From: Protoeuglena noctilucae
Taxonomy: Eukaryota
Length of the DNA: 64,000 nucleotides
Reading direction: 5' to 3'
Assembly (NCBI GenBank): GCA_958009085.1
Contig: OY253681.1
Coordinates: 558,001-622,000 of the forward strand
Shown here: piece after piece, positions 52,552 to 64,000 of the stretch
Layout: each line of letters opens with the position of its first letter
Numbering within the stretch: position 1 is the stretch's first letter
Notes under the pieces: model-generated
The model's database searches: none
What the model was told of the DNA's origin: nothing
What the model saw: only the letters and a program-made list of their open reading frames with translations
Program-made: the position numbers and the translations under genes

Positions 52552-53078
52552 TGGAAGGGACTGTCGCTGGGTTGTGATTTGAAAGCAAACGTGACAGCAA
52601 ACCAACAGTGAAGTGCGATCTCTGTGATCCCTGACTGACCGTCAGCTCCGCGGCCTTCGAGGGATGAACACACGCGCGCGTCAAGCGGGGCATTCCCTGC
52701 GCGGGGGCCTTGCGGCGCTGTCCTGTCGTGCAGAGACGCCGACACGAGCATGTATGTCTTGTCGATGAGCGAGCTACCGCCTAACACACTGGGTGGGATG
52801 GCTGCTGGGGCGGCACCCGCCTGGGGCTCGACACATGCGGGGGCCTGTGGGTTTTGCTGAACCTATGACGCTTCCGCCGCATCCGCATCCCGCGTGGATC
52901 TTTTAGCTACTGTGACGCCAATACCAACTCGCTAGCTGATGGAAAGCTTCGGTGTGCCGCGCACAAGTTGACCTCCCTTTGGGTCGGTTTCGGCGTGGGC
53001 AAGGGGCCGCATCGGCATCCCTGTACGGATAGCGGCACGGTTACCTCCACGGGGTCGCGAAGCTGAGCCTAGTCCGCC

Positions 53079-56000
53079 ATGTCGCTGCTCCAGAACTTGA
53101 CCGTCGAGGACCTCCAGGTGAGCAGCCAGCGCCAGGGTCCTGGGCCCGCTCTTCCGCATCCCGACGCGGAGTTTGATGCGCGTGAACTTGCTCGTGTCCG
53201 ACACGACGGCTCGGTGGCATCGGTGACCTCCGCAGATCATGAAGGCCATGCTGGAGAGCATCCCGGAGGGGCAGAACCCAAATGGCTACTTCACGAAGGA
53301 GCGATTCGCTTCCGTCATGAACGCCACGCTGCCCAGTCTGGGATCCAGGGACGACCGTGCCCAGCTGGAGTCCCTCTTCGATCAGATAGACACAGGCAAG
53401 TTGCCATGCGAGGCGGGGGCACGGGCGGAGCGGCACATGTCAGCATGATGTGCCGCTATTCGCGCATGCTAGCCGCTCCCCTGTTGCTTGTGACTGTCGG
53501 TATCCGTGCACCTAACTCCATGACATTGGAGAGGCCCAGCACCCCCTGCTCGCTGTTGCTTGCAGACGGGGTGGGTTTCGTCACGTGGTCGTCGGTGTGC
53601 AACTTCATCTACTACGTCGAAGAAAATCTCGGAAGCAGCAGCGTCGTGGAGCGGTGGGAGCTCCTGGGGCCCACTCGCATGACCAAGGCCCTGCGGGACA
53701 AGTGGCACCAGCAGCCCGTGGACCGCATCCGGTACTGTGCTGCGCTGGACAAGTACTTCACGGCGGGGAGGCGAGGGGCGGGCGCTGCGACGCATGCGCT
53801 GCCATGTCCTCTGCCGGCGATGCGAGAGCCTGCCGGGGCTACGGCCACGAACGGAAGATGGGGCGTCGCGGCTGCAGGGATAGCACTGTCAAGATCTGGC
53901 AGGGCCGCTCGCTGATCTTCCAAGCATCGCTGGACGTCGGCATCGCCGCCCAAGTGACGGACGCGTGCTTCGTCACTGGGAAGAAGACGCTGGTGAGGCA
54001 GGGTCAGCAACCCACGTCCAGCCGTGCGTGCCAGGGCGTGCTTGGGGACGGCTCTGTTACCGTGGGTGCCACATGCTCTGTGCAGGTCGCTTCTGCCATG
54101 GACGGCAACTTCTACTTTTTTGAGCTCCACCGCGGCAACTTCGAGTATCGGGGCCAGATGACGGGCCACACGAAGGACGTGGGAATCCCCATGTGCCTCG
54201 CATACTTTCACAAAGACCGCACGGGGCAGCACGTGGTCCTCTACGGGTGAGGCAGGGGAATGGGAGGGTGGCCGTGCAGGGTGTCTCAGCCATGGCGCAT
54301 ATGGTAGCTGCCAGTGGCGCGCCACTGGCTTCGCCATTGCAAATCCACTTCAAGGCTGAGCTCATGATTTCGACCTGGTGCGCCGCAGAGACACGCTGGG
54401 GAGGGTGGGCATGTTCCTGGGTCCCTACAAGCGCATGAAGGACCCTCTGGTGGAGGAGTTCAAGGAGATGCAGAAGAAGGACGGCAAGCAGCACCGCAAG
54501 ATGCTGGACAGGGCACCCATGGCCAGGGTCGGGGTGGAGGTGGAAATCATCGATGACGGGCACCGGGACTGGGTCACGCAGATCCACTTCTGCGAGAAGA
54601 GCGAGGTGGGGGCGACGCACACCGATGGCCCGCGTGCCGTCGTTGCAGCGACCTGGAACAGCCGCCCGCCTCGGGCAGCTCAGCGTGCTGTGCCGGGTGC
54701 ACTCACCTCATGCATCGTTCCCTGTGTCCCAGATCCTCATCTCCAGCTCCCGCGACAAGACCCTCCGCGTGGTTAACATGGAGACGCGGCGGCCCATGGC
54801 CGTATGCCGCCTGCACACCCGCGGGGTGGTGGGATTCGACTACTCGTACGAGCTCGGCATCGTGGCCTCTTACGCCAACGAGCGCCAGGTCATCGTCTGG
54901 GTCGTGGACGGCGCCTCCCACCTCATCACGATCAAAGTCCCCACGGTCCTCACCGGGGCAGCCATCATCTCCGCCACCAACCAATTATCCACCCTCCACA
55001 ACGACTACTCGGTTCGACTCTTCGACATCCGCACCGGCGCTCCATTGCAGGTGCCGGGCGCTTAGCGAGCCACGGCAAGGCTGCACACGACCCTGGATGT
55101 GGTGACATGTCAATGCATGGTGCCCGTGGCTTGTTCCCGAGCAGGTCTTTGAGTCGAAGGACATGCCGGGGCTGGTGGACAGCAAGCCCACGAGCATCGT
55201 GTACGACGCATCGCGGCTGCGGCTCATCACGTGCAACACGCGCCCGATGCCCTGGGCCTACCGGTGCGTCGAGACCCTCACCCAGGGCCACAACGGCCCC
55301 GTCCGCACCATCACCTTCTCGCCCTCCTTCAACGCCATCATCACCGGTGAGCGGGGCCCTGAAATGCATGCGGCACTTGCTTTGGACTCCGCCTGCATGA
55401 CGCGACCCTTCCGCACTGCCCACCGCGTGCCACGCAGCGGACGAGAACTCCATGGTGATTTCCTGGGACATCCAAACGGGGAGCGTGCTCGCACGGATCC
55501 CCAACGCGCACGCCCCCGGGAGGGTGACTGCGCTGGCCGTCGACTCGTCCGGCCGCCGCCTCCTCACGGGAGGGTCGGACGGCACCGTGCTGGGCTGGAA
55601 CTTTGTGTCTGGGTTCCAGACGACCAGGTGAGACGGGTCGGGGATGGCTCGCGGCACGTCATTTATGGCTGCGCAGTCCCTCGATCAGTAAGTCTTCCGC
55701 GGTGTCGCTCTCATGGCTTGCCTGGTCCTCGAGTCACCATCTCTTCGTCCGACTCTGCGCCCAGGTACGTCGACGTGAGCGAGGACGAGGTCGCATGCAT
55801 TGAGCACTGCGTGCACCCCCTGCGCGGGTCGGCGTGGGTGGCCGCGGGTGGGTGGCGTGGGCGGCTGACGGTGTGGATGGACGACGTGGCAGCAGACTCG
55901 AACGTGTCCAGCAAGGCCCTGCGGGGACACACGGCGGACGTGGTGACGCTGTCGTACGACCCCGGGACGAATCTGCTCGTGTCAGGCGACGCGTGAGTGC

Positions 56001-58712
56001 AGCGCCGGCGCCCCTCGCTGACGATGCATGCAGCAGTCTTCAAGCAAAGCTTGATTCTCCCACACCGTTAACATCTGCAGTTCCGGCAAGATCCTCCTCT
56101 GGCACCTCACCACGAGCTCCCGCCGGGTGCAGCTCAACCACCAGGACTTCCTGACCCCTTTCTCGGGTCTCCTGTTCGACATCTCGTGCGAGTGTGCCGT
56201 CATGATCCCGGCAGCAAGGTTTGTGGCCGCCGACAACGATACGCAGCACCAGTCTCCTGGCCCCCACCGACAGACAGCCCTTTACAGACTTCACCAGACG
56301 TCATGGCACCGTGCGCAGGTCCTCCGAGCTTGCGCGCACGTTGGACGCCACGGTGCCCATGGCGCGCGGAGTGGAGGGGGAGGACTCAGTCGCCACCGTG
56401 CAGTCGGCACTCGATGTGGGGCGCCCCGACATGCCCATGCTGCTCACGGCCACGGCGGACGGACGGCTGCTGCTGTGGATGTTCGCGCGGACCGTCGGGG
56501 CACGCAGCCTCTTCCTCAGGCGAGGCAGGGGCAGGGTTGGGGCTTCTTTAAGCACCTCAAAGCATGCAAACACTCAGAACTCCCACTTAATCGTCCCCAC
56601 CCCTCTCTGGCCTCAGGTCTCAGCTGAACGTGACGAGCAGCCCCATGCACCAGGTCACGGCCATTGCCCTGGACGCCTCTCGCCGCCGCCTCCTGGCCGT
56701 GGGGGACTCGTCGGGTCTTGTGCTCCTCCTCGACATCTCCTCCCTCAACAACGGCACCGAGGCTGGCACATCGCTCCGGTGCTGCCGCAAAATCGCCCAC
56801 TTCCAGGCGCACCCCAGCGGCAACCCGGTCGCCCTCCTCACGCTCTGCTCCATGCCGGGGAGCGAGGACCCCAGCTTCATCGCCGTGGCATGCCGCTCGC
56901 GAGAGCCCCTCCTCTTCGCCCTGGACGGTCGCCTGGTGAGGGCACGGAAGCCCCAGCTCCACCCTGCTTTCGCCTGGTGTGCGCCTGCCGGCCCTGACAC
57001 CTTGACACCCGCCCCCGCGTCCCCGCAGGTCACGGATATCTCCGACGAGGCGCGCCTGGGCAACCACACCCCGCGCCCCAAGGTCGTCAAGGCCAGCTCG
57101 CAGGCGCGGGCCATGCGGCTCGACTCGGTCGAGGCGACCGGCTCAGGGCTGCACGACGTCTTCTTCCGCATCCACGACGAGAGCACGTGGATGGACCCGG
57201 ACGCCATGCACGTCATCCCGGCCGAGGCCGTGTGGAGCGTGGAGCAGGAGGCGGTGGACGTGGACGGGGACGGGGACGGGGACGACGGGGAGGGCGAGGG
57301 AGAGCCTTTGGATTCCGAAGTGGAGGAGGGGCTGTCTCCGGAGGCGTCGGAGAGAGAGGGGAGCGGGCAGGGGCGGCCGGGGGGTCGAGGGCCGACTGCA
57401 ACGGGGCAGCCGGGCAGCGGGCGGGGGAGCGGGCTGGCGCGGCGGGGCCCTGAGGGCATGTCGATCCAGCGCGCGGTGAGCAACGTGGTGTTGGAGGACA
57501 TCAAGCCCGGCCGGTGGCGCCGGAAGGGCGGGGCGCTGGCGGAGATTGAGGAGGGCGACGAGGGCGGGGAGGGAACCGAGGGCGGGGGCATTGAAGACAG
57601 CGCCTCCTCCACGGCTGTGCTCGAGGACGCGGCGAGCAGGGGGCGGGTGGCGAGCAGGGGCGCGCTGGGTGCGGCGGGGGGGACGTCGTTCTCGGAACGG
57701 TCGCCTCTTGGGAAGGGGCGGGCGGGCCTGGACGCCGCGCTGAAGGTCGGGGAGAGCGGGGCCAAGGTGGGCCGACGGACATCCGAGCGGGACGGCAAGT
57801 GGTCGTCGCCTCCCCGGGTGAGTGACCGCGTGGGTAGGCACGTCGGTGCCCGGAAGCGCACGCAGCGGAGACCCCATGAGGCGCAAGCGCTGCGTCCCCT
57901 TCCCCGGCACCGCAGACGCGCGCGGAGATGATTGCCGAGGCGCGCGCGCGCATCCCCTACAACCCCGAGGTGGAGCGCATGCTGGAGCGCCAGATGCAGG
58001 CGGCGACCGTCAAGGCCGAGCGCAACCTGGCCGAGCGGGAGGCGCGGAACCGGGGGGAAGAGGCGGCGTGGCGGCGCGGGGAGGGCCCGTTGTCGAGCGC
58101 GCAGTCGCGGATGCGAGTGTACGACATCACCGAGGTGCCGGACACGATCGACGGCGTGCTGGCCACCGTGGGCCTGAACTACCTGACGGACCCTGTGCTC
58201 AAGGCCATGATGGTGAAGGACGGGCGCCGCCGGCGGGAGCGGGGCGGAGGGGACGGCGCAGGGGGCGACGGGGGCGGCGAGGAGGGCCGCGAGCGGGGGG
58301 CAGGGTCCGGGACCGACGGGGACCGGCGGGGCAGCGTGCTGGCGGAGCTGGCGGGAGTGCAGGGTGGGCGCACGCGGTCGGTTGAAGTGGCCATGGAGAT
58401 GGACGAGGTGCGGCGCACGGGGCGGACACACACTTTGGCTTGAGGGTCCCTGTACGTCGCGCTCGTCATCACGGTATGTCAACCCTCGACCCTGCGCAGA
58501 TGCTGGAGGCCATGATGAAGAAGAGCCGGGCGGCCAACGTCCCCATGTTCGAGCGGGGGAAGCAGGCCGAGGTCTTCCGGAGGCTAATCATGGCGAATCT
58601 GAAGCCCGAGCATGTCGAGGAGGCGCGCGGAATCGCCGCCGTGCAGCCGCGCAGCCGACGGGTCACCCGGGTCGAGGGAGACAGGGACGGGGCGTCCTCG
58701 GACGACGATTAG
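53079..58712 (+). CDS. EF-hand + WD40-repeat protein (WDR49/WDR64-like, probably ciliary)
   Basis: EF-hand LFDQIDT-DGVGFVTWSSV; WD repeats TAGR-DSTVKIW, HRDWVTQI, SSSRDKTLRV, GHNGPVRTITFS, LTGGSDGTVLGWNF, GHTADVVTLSYD; acidic low-complexity tail. Confidence 0.8.
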
Positions 58713-59014
58713 CAGATGTCAAAACGCTAGATGTCGAAACGTCTGAAAGACTCTGTTGTGGCCTGGCAGGCAAACTGGCTGAGGGTTTAGAATCTCATGA
58801 AGCGTAAAACAGGTTCAGAGCTTGCAAGATGGATACATGATTGACGGGGACAGGGCGAGATTGACATCTCACGGCGAGATCCGTCCAGATTGGCCAGATC
58901 TCGCTCCGTGTTGGCTGCGCCCCGTTCTGGACCGCGGTCTATCATATACGTGTTTGGACATTCTGCTTATAAGACCGCTGCAAGCCTGCCCAGGAGCTGG
59001 CGGCGCTTGCCAAC

Positions 59015-62000
59015 ATGGCAACCGTCTCTCAAGCCGTTTTCCTGGCGGCCAAGGTCGTGCAGCTTACGCGGATGTACCGACAGAACGAAAAGGTGCGCGT
59101 GCATGGGCTGAACCAGTCGGGATCGGCTGGATTGGCGAAGCAAGCGCGGCAGAGGAGAGTCCCGCCTCCGACGCAACCCTCCGGCTGCTCCATTGCAGGT
59201 TTTTCGGGAGCTCCACGACGATGTGGAGAAGTACGGGTTGTATTTAAAGGAGAAATGGGGTCGCGCAGACAGGTGCGTCTTCGTGACATGCGAAAGGTGC
59301 TGCGGCAGAGCACGGTAGCGACTGGTGCGGGCGATCACGAGCTGGACCCTCCTGCAGCGTCGACGAGGACCTGATGGAGCTGTCGGTGGAGGAAGACGTG
59401 GCTCTTGGCGAGCTCGGAGCGGTCCTGGAGCGCGTCATGCGCCGCCTAAAGCTGTTCCACGGACGACCCCGCCCTGTCAAGTTCGCGCTAGCGGCGGCTC
59501 TTCAGCGGGACGTCGAGGATCTCCGCAAGAGCATCGCGCGGGCGTGGGACAACGTGACGCTGGCCTCTCTGCGGAAGGCATAGGTGATGAGCGCTGCGCT
59601 GTGTTGCTGTTCGGCCGCCCATCACAGCCGCATGGCACGAAGCCGACCATCGATGCGCAGGAACTCCACCGGCGGGTGACGCGGCAGGACAAGCGGATCC
59701 AGCGGCTGCTCCAGGGGCACTCGACATGGGCGGCCGACACAGAGGAGCGTGGGATGAACACGATTGTGATGGACCACATTGCCCAGGGTGCCAGCGAGTG
59801 GGACGCCCGCATGGTGCGGTTCGCGACGGACGACTGGGCACGCCCCATCGACCGCGGGGGCCAGGGCGCCGTGTTCGAGGGTCGCGCTGGCAACTACTCA
59901 TTCGCCGTCAAGGTGGACCGGGAGGGCTTGCTTGCCGAGGCGGACGACACCACATCGGACAGCAGCCGGCAGCGACGCACGGGGTCCCAGCCCCGGGGGG
60001 AGCTGTTGCTCTTGCGGGAGGGCCGCATCATCGAGTCTCTGAAGCACCCGTACGTGGTGGAGCTGCTGGGCACGTGCAGCGGTGAGGCGGGGGCCGCCGT
60101 GTTGCTCTCTCGTGCCTATGCTTGGGAGTCACGCTGCTATGCGACGTCTCGAAGGTGCCATGCCATTCTAGGTCTCCCCCGTCACCTGGTCGCAGAGCTT
60201 GGCCTCACCTGCCTGGTCATGAAGTATGCTCGGGGAGGTAAGCGGTTGCGACAACAGCACGAGTCATGGCAAGGCACGGACAGGGCGATACACCAACTGC
60301 TGTATAAACCTGTCTCCAGGCAACCTCATGCGTCGTCTGGGCGTGGCGCACAAGGCCGCGGACCGGGCGGTCGAGACGGGCGAGAAGCACCTGCCCTGGC
60401 TGTCGTGGGAGGCCCGCCTGCGCATCGCCGCCCAGCTGGCATGCGTCATCCGCGACCTCCACGCGCGCGGGGTGCTGCATCACGACCTCAAGCCGGAGAA
60501 CATGCTGCTGGACTCCTGCGGGACGGCCCCCTCCATCCGCCTCACCGACTTTGGTACGTGACACTTGTGCAAGTCAGACACACGTTGGCACGGGATGCAA
60601 GCAGAGAGAAAGCCTGAACCTTGACGAGACCCTGCTCTTTGTCACGCAGGCGTCGCCAAGCGCGCCCCGCGCCCCACCGCCCCCGGCTCGGCCTTCCTCC
60701 AGGCCAACGCGACGACCATGATGGGCGCGGGTACATTCGGGTACAAAGACCCGTCCTACCGACATGAGGCGGGCGTCGCATACGCCCCCCACCACGACAT
60801 CTACAGCACCGGGGCCATTCTCCTGCAGCTCGTCACGGGCCTGGACGTCTTCGAGTCCAAGCGGCTCGTCAGCACCCCAGAGCGCCCCCGCATGCGCAGG
60901 GAGATCCCCGACCCCCGTGCCGCCTGGCCGGACTGGCTCTGGCGACGCATAGTGGCCCTGGCCTGCCGCTGCCTGGTGGAGGTGGACGAGGCGGGCGCCC
61001 CGAAGGAAGCAGGAGTGCCCCGGCGGCCTACCGCGGCGGAGCTGGCGGACGAGCTTGAGCGCCTCGCTGCGATCGCAGAGATCAAGGTGAGAAGACGCGG
61101 AGCGGCGCACTTGCATATGTGGTGCTGCGGCTGGCGGTAACTCTCATGGCGGCAATCGCCGTCGCAGGTGCACCGCCGCGCGCTGGTCACGGACGAGGTG
61201 GAGGACGTGAAGCAGCCCGCGCTGGCCGTGTTCGTGCGCAACCGGATGCTGGGGGCCGCGGCAGTGGCGTGTTTGACTGTGGTCGGCCTGGCTGGCGTGG
61301 CGTGGCTGCTGCGGCACACGGTGGCAGGCCAGCGCGCCCTGGGTGCGGGGCAGTTCGCCATGTCCTACGCATACTCGGCAGGGCTTTCGATGCAGCCGTC
61401 CTGGCGGGCCCCGCGCATCACCCGCCGACAGGTCCTGGCTGCTGTACTGCTGGCTGCTGGAGCGTGGGCCCTGCACTGGGCACTGCAGCCTCCGGTGAGC
61501 GCGGACGCAGCAGGGGCCGCAGCTGGCGATTGATGGCTCTCGACAGAGTCAGAAGCTCTGAGGCTGGCCCGGCCTGCAACGGCATCTTCGGCTCCCCTCA
61601 CGAACCCCTGGTCCGCAGTCTGTCGTGCGTGTGGAGGACGAGGAGGGCCTGCGCAAGGCTTTGAGGACGCCAAGCACGATGGCCGTAGACCTGCACGGGG
61701 CCGAGGTGGTGCTGAAGGAGGTCGTGATCGTGGACCGCAAAATTGCCATTCGGAACGGGACGCTCAAGGCGGCGAGGTCCAAGGTCGGGAACGGCTTCGC
61801 GCTGCGGGTGGTCCAGGGCGGGGACCTTCTTTTGGATCACGTGCAGCTCACGAAGTCCGGCCTGTGGGTGTGGGAGGGCTCGGCGGCGGAGCTGTCGGGC
61901 TGCGTGGTGCAGCGGGCGCCGCACCTCGGCATCTGCACCGTGGGTGCGGGGTCGCGATGCGCGGTGCGTGGCGGTTCGGTCCAGAGTTCCGGGGAGTCGG

Positions 62001-62302
62001 GCGTGGGGGCGGCTCTCGGGGCCCATGTGGAGTTGAGCGCAGTGCAGATCGAGCGGGCGGCCAGCTTCGGAATCGAGTGCTACGATTCCGGCAGCCAGGT
62101 GGCCGTCTCCTTGGGCACCGTGGCCCATGCGGGGGACTCGGGGGTGCACTGCGAGCGGGGCGGGCGCGTCACGCTGTCGGGCACCGTGCTGGCGGACTGC
62201 GCTCGCTGGGGTGTGTACACTGTAGGCAGACAGAGCGTGGTGGTGCAGGACAGCGTGACCTTCGCCCGCTGCGGCAAGGGGGTTACCCGCACAGTTCGCT
62301 GA
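59015..62302 (+). CDS. Multidomain protein: MLKL-like four-helix bundle + Pelle/RLCK-like non-RD kinase + two hydrophobic helices + right-handed beta-helix
   Basis: Exons 59015-59092, 59199-59230, 59358-(59553 or 59577), 59661-60081, 60196-60237, 60320-60553, 60650-61086, 61168-61494, 61619-62302 join in frame. Kinase motifs RGGQGAVF, FAVK, HHDLKPENMLLD, DFG, GTFGYKDPSY; beta-helix repeats such as GVHCERGGRVTLSGTVLADC. Confidence 0.82.
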
Positions 62303-62562
62303 GCTGAGGGGAAGCTGGATTGATTCGGGCCTTCCACGGTCGGGCAATGTCCTGACGTTCTCGAGTTCTGGTGTGCAAGGCTGTCGTCTCCTATTGCAAT
62401 ACCAGGGACGTCATCTGCCTTATACGTCATACTGCTTGAAGAAACGTGATTGGCTCACGTCATGTTGTCTGGCACTGCTCGGTCACAGCAACAGGGGCAT
62501 ATTGAAGACTGGATGCTCTGGTACGCATTTCAACCGGGTGAGAAATAGCTATGACATGCGGA

Positions 62563-63534
62563 TCACTTGACGCCGTCCTCGCCACCCGAGAGGGCGTGAA
62601 TGAGGTGCCGCAGCAGCGTCGTGAGGTGCTTGCGCATGTTGAAGCTCTCCCGGATCAAGAACGCCACGTCCGAGTTGACGACCTTGAGCTCCTGCAGACA
62701 GGGCCGGAGAGGCTATTGACCCATCGACAGCAGGCCTGGGTGCCTGCCCTGCGGCCCTATTCGCTCCTGCCCTCGCCTGGCGGAGGAGCGAGTACCCCGA
62801 AATGAGCACCGGCGCCCCGTTGATGGCCAGGTTGGCCGCAACCAGCGCCGCCAGGGGCACCAGGGTGAGGAACATGCCCCCCAGGCGGCCCATAACCGAG
62901 AGACGGTTGCTCATGAACGTCCGGCCGTGGATGAAGCGGCCGCCTGCGAGCGTGAGCAAGCGCCGACGGTCAGCGAACGCGTTCGGCTAACAATCACCGC
63001 GGGGGAGAGCGCGCGCTGCTCACTGATGAAGACGGCCGATGCCAGGGCGAGGTAGATGGTGCGGACGACCCCCTGGTACTGCGCGAGAGGGCGACGGGCG
63101 GCTCATCAGAGCGGGACTGGCGAGCGAGCGAGTTGAAGAATGACTGCACGAGCGGGGCTTGCCTCGGCGATGAAGAGCGTGAGGAGGAACATGGGTGTGT
63201 ACTCGGCGAAGTTGCCGTGCGCGCGGATGCGGCGCCCCATCAGCTTGTCGCCGCCATCCCTGCGACACGCGCGAGCAAATGTAGGTTGTTGTCGCCGTGC
63301 CGCGGCCAAACAAAGCATCAGCCGCCCTAAGAATCCCTCGCGGCAACGAACTCGCCCGTACGCAATCGCCTTGGCCCTCCGCGTGCGGATCACCACCAGG
63401 GAGAGGATAAGGAACCACACTCCCAGCACAGATGCCGTGAACGAGGTCACGGGGAGCGCATGGAAAGCGCGGAAGTCGACGGCCTGCGCGCAGGACTTTG
63501 TGATGTTGGCCGATGGCTGCAGCCTGGGGCGCAT
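62563..63534 (-). CDS. MAPEG-family membrane protein (YecN-like / microsomal GST-like)
   Basis: LILSLVVIRTRRAKAIAYG-DGGDKLMGRRIRAHGNFAEYTPMFLLTLFIAE..GRFIH..RLGGMFLT. The true start may lie upstream, around 63700. Confidence 0.85.
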
Positions 63535-64000
63535 GCCGTTGGCTTCTTCGGCCACTCTTCGGTCCACCCATCCAGACCGCGCTCAGAGCGATACTTGGCC
63601 GAGTCGGGAGGGCACGAATTACGGCCGGAGAAGGCGCGAGTCGCCCCCCGCACACTGCAAGCCGAGATGACACGCCAACAAGTCGATCGAGGTCGCGCCG
63701 CCTCACCATACCCGACGAGCCAGCAAACACTCGTCCTGCGACAGCAGGGACCCCCTCTTCACCGCCTCAAATGCTGACCACCCCGTGCTTGATCCACTGA
63801 AGGCACAGGCCTCTCTCGCGATCCCCGCTGCAGATCCTGGCGAATGGGCAAGCAAGTGGTGGCGCACGCAAGCTCCAGGACGCTTCCAAAACGCGTGGTC
63901 AGAAAGTGGTGTCGGTGTCATTACACTCGGCGAAGCAGATGTCCAGTTGTCAGCTGCTTGCCCGCCAAATACTCGCTTTGAAGTCGAGACGGCCACAGAC

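Noticed and set aside
58714..58745. Imperfect duplication AGATGTCAAAACG / AGATGTCGAAACG after the WD40 stop
   Set aside because: Only two short copies in a 3' UTR, with no array or element structure.
1..64000. CRISPR arrays, rRNA, tRNA, prokaryotic operons
   Set aside because: None seen; the window is intron-rich eukaryotic nuclear DNA.

Overview
GC-rich, gene-dense eukaryotic nuclear DNA from a flagellate green alga (inferred from plastid-targeted genes Tic22, TRXz, PES and LPA1-like, ciliary genes SPEF1 and CEP131, and a channelrhodopsin). About 19 intron-containing protein genes were reconstructed by hand. They are ATR, LPA1-like, SF3B5, prolyl 4-hydroxylase, UPL6-type HECT ligase, SPEF1, MIS12, BTAF1/MOT1, Tic22, phytyl ester synthase, a 2OG-Fe(II) oxygenase, channelrhodopsin, PTPA, CEP131, a lumenal TPR protein, TRXz, an EF-hand/WD40 protein, a multidomain kinase and a MAPEG protein. 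Introns are short (mostly about 80-170 nt) and the genetic code is standard. Four things stand out. (1) Gene 59015-62302 splices into an MLKL-like four-helix bundle + non-RD Pelle/RLCK-like kinase + hydrophobic helices + right-handed beta-helix, a candidate one-component algal immune/cell-death receptor. (2) A compact 549-aa channelrhodopsin has a signal peptide, unusual pore residues and a C-terminal pseudo-receiver domain. (3) GC-AG introns are unusually frequent. (4) An intronless island carries a PIF1/Helitron-type helicase fragment. CDS coordinates span first to last coding base including introns, and several start codons are approximate. All family assignments come from motif recognition; no database search was run.
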